Both the position numbers and the translations under genes were made by a program. Below, in pieces: positions 36,324 through 40,030 of a DNA stretch of 40,030 nt. The notes below the pieces were generated by a model that worked only from the letters and a program-made list of their open reading frames with translations, did no database searches and was not told the DNA's origin. Source of the DNA: Anaerolineae bacterium (GTDB lineage Bacteria > Chloroflexota > Anaerolineae > S140-20); assembly GCA_027021705.1 (NCBI GenBank), contig JALUTT010000082.1:1-40030 (forward strand), read 5' to 3'. Each line of letters opens with the position of its first letter. Position 1 is the first letter of the stretch.

Positions 36324-39300
36324 ATGGGCAAAAACGGAAATGGCAACGGCGTAAACCTGCTGCAGACCGAGATCACCCGCCGCGATTTCATCAAGACGTC
36401 GGCACTCGTCGGCGGCTCCCTGGCGTTGGCCTCCGGCGTCAACGCGGCCTTCCGCCGTGTGGCCGAGATGAGCCACACCCTGAGCGGGGCGGCCGCCGCC
36501 GGCGGGTACCCCCTGAACCGACCCGAGAACATTATCTACAGCGTCTGTCTCCAGTGCCACACCGCCTGTACCATCAAGGGGAAGCTGCTGGACGGGGTGC
36601 TGGTCAAGATTGACGGCAACCCCTACAGCCCGATGAACATGCTGCCTCACCTCCCCTACGACACCCCGCTGGCAGAAGCGGCGAAGGTGGACGCCAAGCT
36701 CTGCCCCAAGGGCCAGGCCGGCGTGCAGAGCCTCTACGACCCCTACCGCATCACCAAAGTGCTCAAACGGGCCGGCAAGCGGGGGGAGAACAAGTGGGAG
36801 GTAATCTCCTTCGACCAGGCCATTGACGAGATCGTCAACGGAGGCACCTTCGCCGACGGCACCCGCACCCCCGGCCTGAAGGAGATCTGGGCCGTGCGCG
36901 ACCCCGACCTGATGGCAGCCCTGAAGGCCGACGCGATGGCCGTCGCCAGCGGCGAGATGAGCCTGGACGAATTCAAGAGCAAGCACGCGGACCACCTGGA
37001 CCTGCTCATTGACCCCGACCACCCCGACCTGGGTCCTCGGAACAACCAGTTCGTCTTCCTGGCGGGGCGCATCGAGCACGGGCGCAAGGAGTTCGCCAAG
37101 CGCTGGCTGAAGGATGCCTTCGGCTCTGTCAATTGGTACGAGCACACCACCATCTGCGAGCAGTCCCACCATATCGCCTTCCAGCAGATGAGCAACCAGT
37201 ACAAAGGTGGGGGCAAGTGGGGAGGTGGCAAAACCCACCTCAAGCCCGACTTCGCCAACGCCGAGATGGTGATCTTCTTCGGGACCGGGGCCTTCGAGGC
37301 CAACTTCGGCCCCACGCCGATGAGCGAACTGGTCACCTGGTCCCTCACCTACCGCAATATGAAGATCGCGGTGGTGGACCCTCGTCTGAGCAAGACGGCG
37401 GCCAAGGCCAAATGGTGGCTGCCCGTCAAGCCGGGCACGGACGCGGCCCTAGCTCTGGCGATGGGGCGCTGGATCGTGGAGAACGAGCGCTACGACGCCA
37501 CCTACCTGACCAATGCCAACAAGGCGGCCGCTGCTGCTGATGGCGAGACCACCTGGACCAACGCCACTTACCTGGTGAAGATTGAGGGTGGAAAGCCGAC
37601 GCGACTGCTGCGCCCCGAGGAGGCCGGCCTGGGCGAGGTGGACGGCTTCGTCGTCAGCAAGGACGGTCAGCTCATCGCTGTGGACCCCAACGACGCCGAG
37701 AACCCGGTGGAAGGCGACCTATTCGCCGAAGGCCAGGTCAACGGTATCGCCTACAAGAGTGCCTTCTTGCTGTACAAAGAGCTCGCCTTCGAGCACAGCC
37801 TGGAGAAGTGGTCAGAGATCTGCGGCATCCCCGTGCGCAAGATCGTCGAGGTGGCGCGGGAGTTCACCAGCCACGGCAAGAAGGCCGCCGTGGACCTCTA
37901 CCGGGGTCCGGTGCAGCACACCAACGGCTACTACACCGCCCAGGCGATCATCACCCTCAACCTGCTCATCGGCAACACGGACTGGGTGGGTGGCATGGGC
38001 AAGGGTGGTGGCCACTGGCACGAGCTGGGGGACAAGGCAGGTGGTCCCTTCAACCTGAAGAAGCTGCATCCGGGTAAGCTGGGCTCTTTCGGCGTGACCC
38101 TCACCCGGGAGAAGTGGCACTACGAGAAGAGCACCCTCTTCCAGCGGGATGGCTATCCGGCCAAGCGCCCCTGGTACCCCTACACGGGTAACGTCTATCA
38201 GGAGGTGATCCCCAGCGCGGCCGACGGCTACCCCTACCCCATCAAGGCCCTCTTCCTGCACAAGGGGACGCCCGGCTACGCCAGCCCGGCCGGCAATCCG
38301 ACCCTGGAGGCCATCGCCGATCCCAACGTCATCCCCTTGGTAATCGCCTGCGACGTGGTCATCGGCGAGACCAGCATGTACGCCGATTACCTCTTCCCCG
38401 ACACGGCCATCTGGGAGCGGTGGGGCACGCCGCACACCACCCCGGCCGTGCAACCCAAGGTCAGCAAGATACGCCAGCCCATCGTCGAGCCGCTGGTGGA
38501 GAAGGTGACGGTCTTCGGCGAGGAGCAGCCCATCTCTATGGAAGCGATCATGCTGGCCATCGCCGAGCGGCTGGGCCTGCCCGGCTACGGCAAGGATGGC
38601 TTCGGCCCCGGAATGGACTTCAACCGGCGCGAGGACTACTTCCTGAAGATGGCCGCCAACCTGGCCTTCGGCGACAAGGAGGACGGCTCCGATGCCGTGC
38701 CCGAGGCCAACGATGAGGAGATGGCCATCTTCCGAGCTGCCCGCGCCCACTTCTCCCCTGCTATGTTCGACGAAGCCCGGTGGAAGAAGGCCATTGGCAA
38801 CGACGAATCCCTCTGGCGGCGGGTCGTCTACCTGCTCAACCGGGGAGGCCGCTTCGAGGACTTCAGCAAGGTCTACAAAGGCGCCAAGCTGGCTCACCAG
38901 TTCAAAGGGATGTTCAGCATCTACGTGGACAACGTGGCCGCCGGCAAGCACAGCCTGACGGGCGAGCCCTTCTCCGGCCTGCCCATCTACGAGCCGGTGA
39001 AGGATGCCGCCGGTCGGCCCGTAGACCAGGAAGACTACCCCTTCCGCCTCTTCACCTACAAGGAGATCTACGGCGGTCAGTCCCGCACCGTTGGCAACTA
39101 CTGGGCCCAGCTGGGCCTGGCCCAGGAGAACTGGGTCCTGATGAACAAGGCCGATGCCGACCGGCTGGGGCTGAAGAACGGCGATACGGTCCGCCTGGTC
39201 TCCAAGACCAACCCCGACGGCGTGTGGCGTCTCCCCAACGGGGAGAACCGGCCCGTGGCCGGCAAGCTCAAGGTCATCCAGGGCATTCGTCCGGGGACCG

Positions 39301-39515
39301 TGGCCGCCTCCTGGCACTTCGGCCACTGGGCCTACGGGGCCAGCGATGTCGTCATTGACGGACAGATGGTCAAAGGAGACCCCCGCCGGGCCACCGGCCT
39401 CTGCCCCAACGCCGTGATGCTGGAAGACCCGGTGCTCAAGAACGTCAGCCTGACCGATCCTATCGGCGGCAGTGCCAGCTTCTACGACACCCGGGTCAAG
39501 GTCGAGAAAGTGTAG
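36324..39515 (+). CDS. Tat-exported Mo/W-bisPGD oxidoreductase catalytic subunit, TtrA/SrdA-like
   Basis: Tat motif TRRDFIK; CLQCHTAC...CPKG; KIDGNPYSP; putative metal-ligand Cys in HTTICEQSH; ETSMYADYLFPD; SWHFGHW; 1063 aa; B-C-A gene order. Confidence 0.88.
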   Translation: MGKNGNGNGVNLLQTEITRRDFIKTSALVGGSLALASGVNAAFRRVAEMSHTLSGAAAAGGYPLNRPENIIYSVCLQCHTACTIKGKLLDGVLVKIDGNPYSPMNMLPHLPYDTPLAEAAKVDAKLCPKGQAGVQSLYDPYRITKVLKRAGKRGENKWEVISFDQAIDEIVNGGTFADGTRTPGLKEIWAVRDPDLMAALKADAMAVASGEMSLDEFKSKHADHLDLLIDPDHPDLGPRNNQFVFLAGRIEHGRKEFAKRWLKDAFGSVNWYEHTTICEQSHHIAFQQMSNQYKGGGKWGGGKTHLKPDFANAEMVIFFGTGAFEANFGPTPMSELVTWSLTYRNMKIAVVDPRLSKTAAKAKWWLPVKPGTDAALALAMGRWIVENERYDATYLTNANKAAAAADGETTWTNATYLVKIEGGKPTRLLRPEEAGLGEVDGFVVSKDGQLIAVDPNDAENPVEGDLFAEGQVNGIAYKSAFLLYKELAFEHSLEKWSEICGIPVRKIVEVAREFTSHGKKAAVDLYRGPVQHTNGYYTAQAIITLNLLIGNTDWVGGMGKGGGHWHELGDKAGGPFNLKKLHPGKLGSFGVTLTREKWHYEKSTLFQRDGYPAKRPWYPYTGNVYQEVIPSAADGYPYPIKALFLHKGTPGYASPAGNPTLEAIADPNVIPLVIACDVVIGETSMYADYLFPDTAIWERWGTPHTTPAVQPKVSKIRQPIVEPLVEKVTVFGEEQPISMEAIMLAIAERLGLPGYGKDGFGPGMDFNRREDYFLKMAANLAFGDKEDGSDAVPEANDEEMAIFRAARAHFSPAMFDEARWKKAIGNDESLWRRVVYLLNRGGRFEDFSKVYKGAKLAHQFKGMFSIYVDNVAAGKHSLTGEPFSGLPIYEPVKDAAGRPVDQEDYPFRLFTYKEIYGGQSRTVGNYWAQLGLAQENWVLMNKADADRLGLKNGDTVRLVSKTNPDGVWRLPNGENRPVAGKLKVIQGIRPGTVAASWHFGHWAYGASDVVIDGQMVKGDPRRATGLCPNAVMLEDPVLKNVSLTDPIGGSASFYDTRVKVEKV

Positions 39516-39554
39516 CGAGAGCCGGCGACGGCGCAGTCCTCAGCCAAGGCCAAC

Positions 39555-39597
39555 AAGGGGCGGCCCCCGGTAGTGGGGGTCGTCCCTTTCGTCTTTT
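39555..39597 (+). terminator. Intrinsic terminator after the reductase operon
   Basis: AAGGGGCGGCCCCC-GGTAGT-GGGGGTCGTCCCTT (G-U pairs on + strand) followed by TCGTCTTTT. Confidence 0.7.
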
Positions 39598-39641
39598 GGA
39601 GGCAGTCCCCGGCACACCACCGGCGGAGGGATACCTTATTT

Positions 39642-40030
39642 GGCCACGGATGACACGGATGGAACGGATGCTCACAGGCCCCTTGGAAACCATCCGCGCC
39701 GATCCGTCGCATCCGCGTTGACCCGTGCCCCATCTGATAGGCCACGGATGACACGGAGGGGACGGATGCTCACGGGCCCCTTGGCAACCACCCGCGCCGA
39801 TCCGCCGCACCCGCGTTGACCCGCGTCCCATCTGATAGGCCACGGATGACACAGATGGGACAGATGCCCACGGGCCTCTTGGCAACCATCCGCGCCGATC
39901 CGTCGCACCCGCGTTGACCCGCGTCCCATCTGATAGGCCACGGATGACACAGATGGGACAGATGCCCACGGGCCTCTTGGCAACCATCCGCGCCGATCCG
40001 TCGCACCCGCGTTGACCCGCGTCCCATCTG
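39642..40030. repeat. 98-bp tandem repeat array, at least 4 units, truncated by window end
   Basis: Units start GGCCACGGATGACAC at 39642, 39740, 39838, 39936; no spacers. Confidence 0.95.

Noticed and set aside
31206..39326. Long antisense ORFs (e.g. 31206-33230, 34919-36532, 37812-39326) and similar ones elsewhere
   Set aside because: Typical stop-poor shadows of high-GC coding strands; no recognisable motifs.
29554..39515. Integrative island at tRNA-Arg carrying the reductase locus
   Set aside because: Locus is on the 5' side of the tRNA; no integrase and no duplicated tRNA 3' end seen.
36324..39515. Firm gene symbol (ttrA, srdA, arrA or arxA)
   Set aside because: Motifs place the family but not the substrate; needs phylogeny.
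39642..40030. CRISPR array
   Set aside because: Units are similar along their whole 98 bp with no unique spacers; no cas genes in the window.

Overview
GC-rich bacterial chromosome segment. Gene content and repeat style point to Chloroflexota (Anaerolineae-like); this is inference. Left to right: (i) a minus-strand run of bifunctional homocysteine S-methyltransferase/MTHFR, an LppX/LprAFG-type lipoprotein, a 14-TM-type MFS exporter resembling mycobacterial Rv1410c/P55, and the start of galE; (ii) a two-domain Cys lipoprotein and a secreted S8 protease with a long, apparently regulated leader; (iii) a surface-glycosylation cluster (GT2, two GT-C membrane proteins, GT4), OsmC and a double-transmitter hybrid histidine kinase; (iv) a membrane Ser/Thr kinase; (v) divergent sufT / sufC-sufB-sufD, where SufB carries two LAGLIDADG inteins; (vi) tRNA-Arg(UCU); (vii) an orphan PhnD/AioX-like binding lipoprotein, HAMP kinase and NarL regulator ahead of a rhodanese lipoprotein and a ttrBCA/srdBCA-like molybdoenzyme operon; (viii) a 98-bp tandem array running off the end. 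Intergenic DNA is rich in heptamer/octamer tracts, REP-like palindromes and nested MITEs with target-site duplications; three MITEs sit against -35 hexamers. Best candidates for an undescribed system are the three-component oxyanion sensor plus rhodanese/Ttr-like reductase locus, the LprG-Rv1410c-like pair outside Actinobacteria, and the modular MITE family. Family calls come from motif recognition only; no searches were run.
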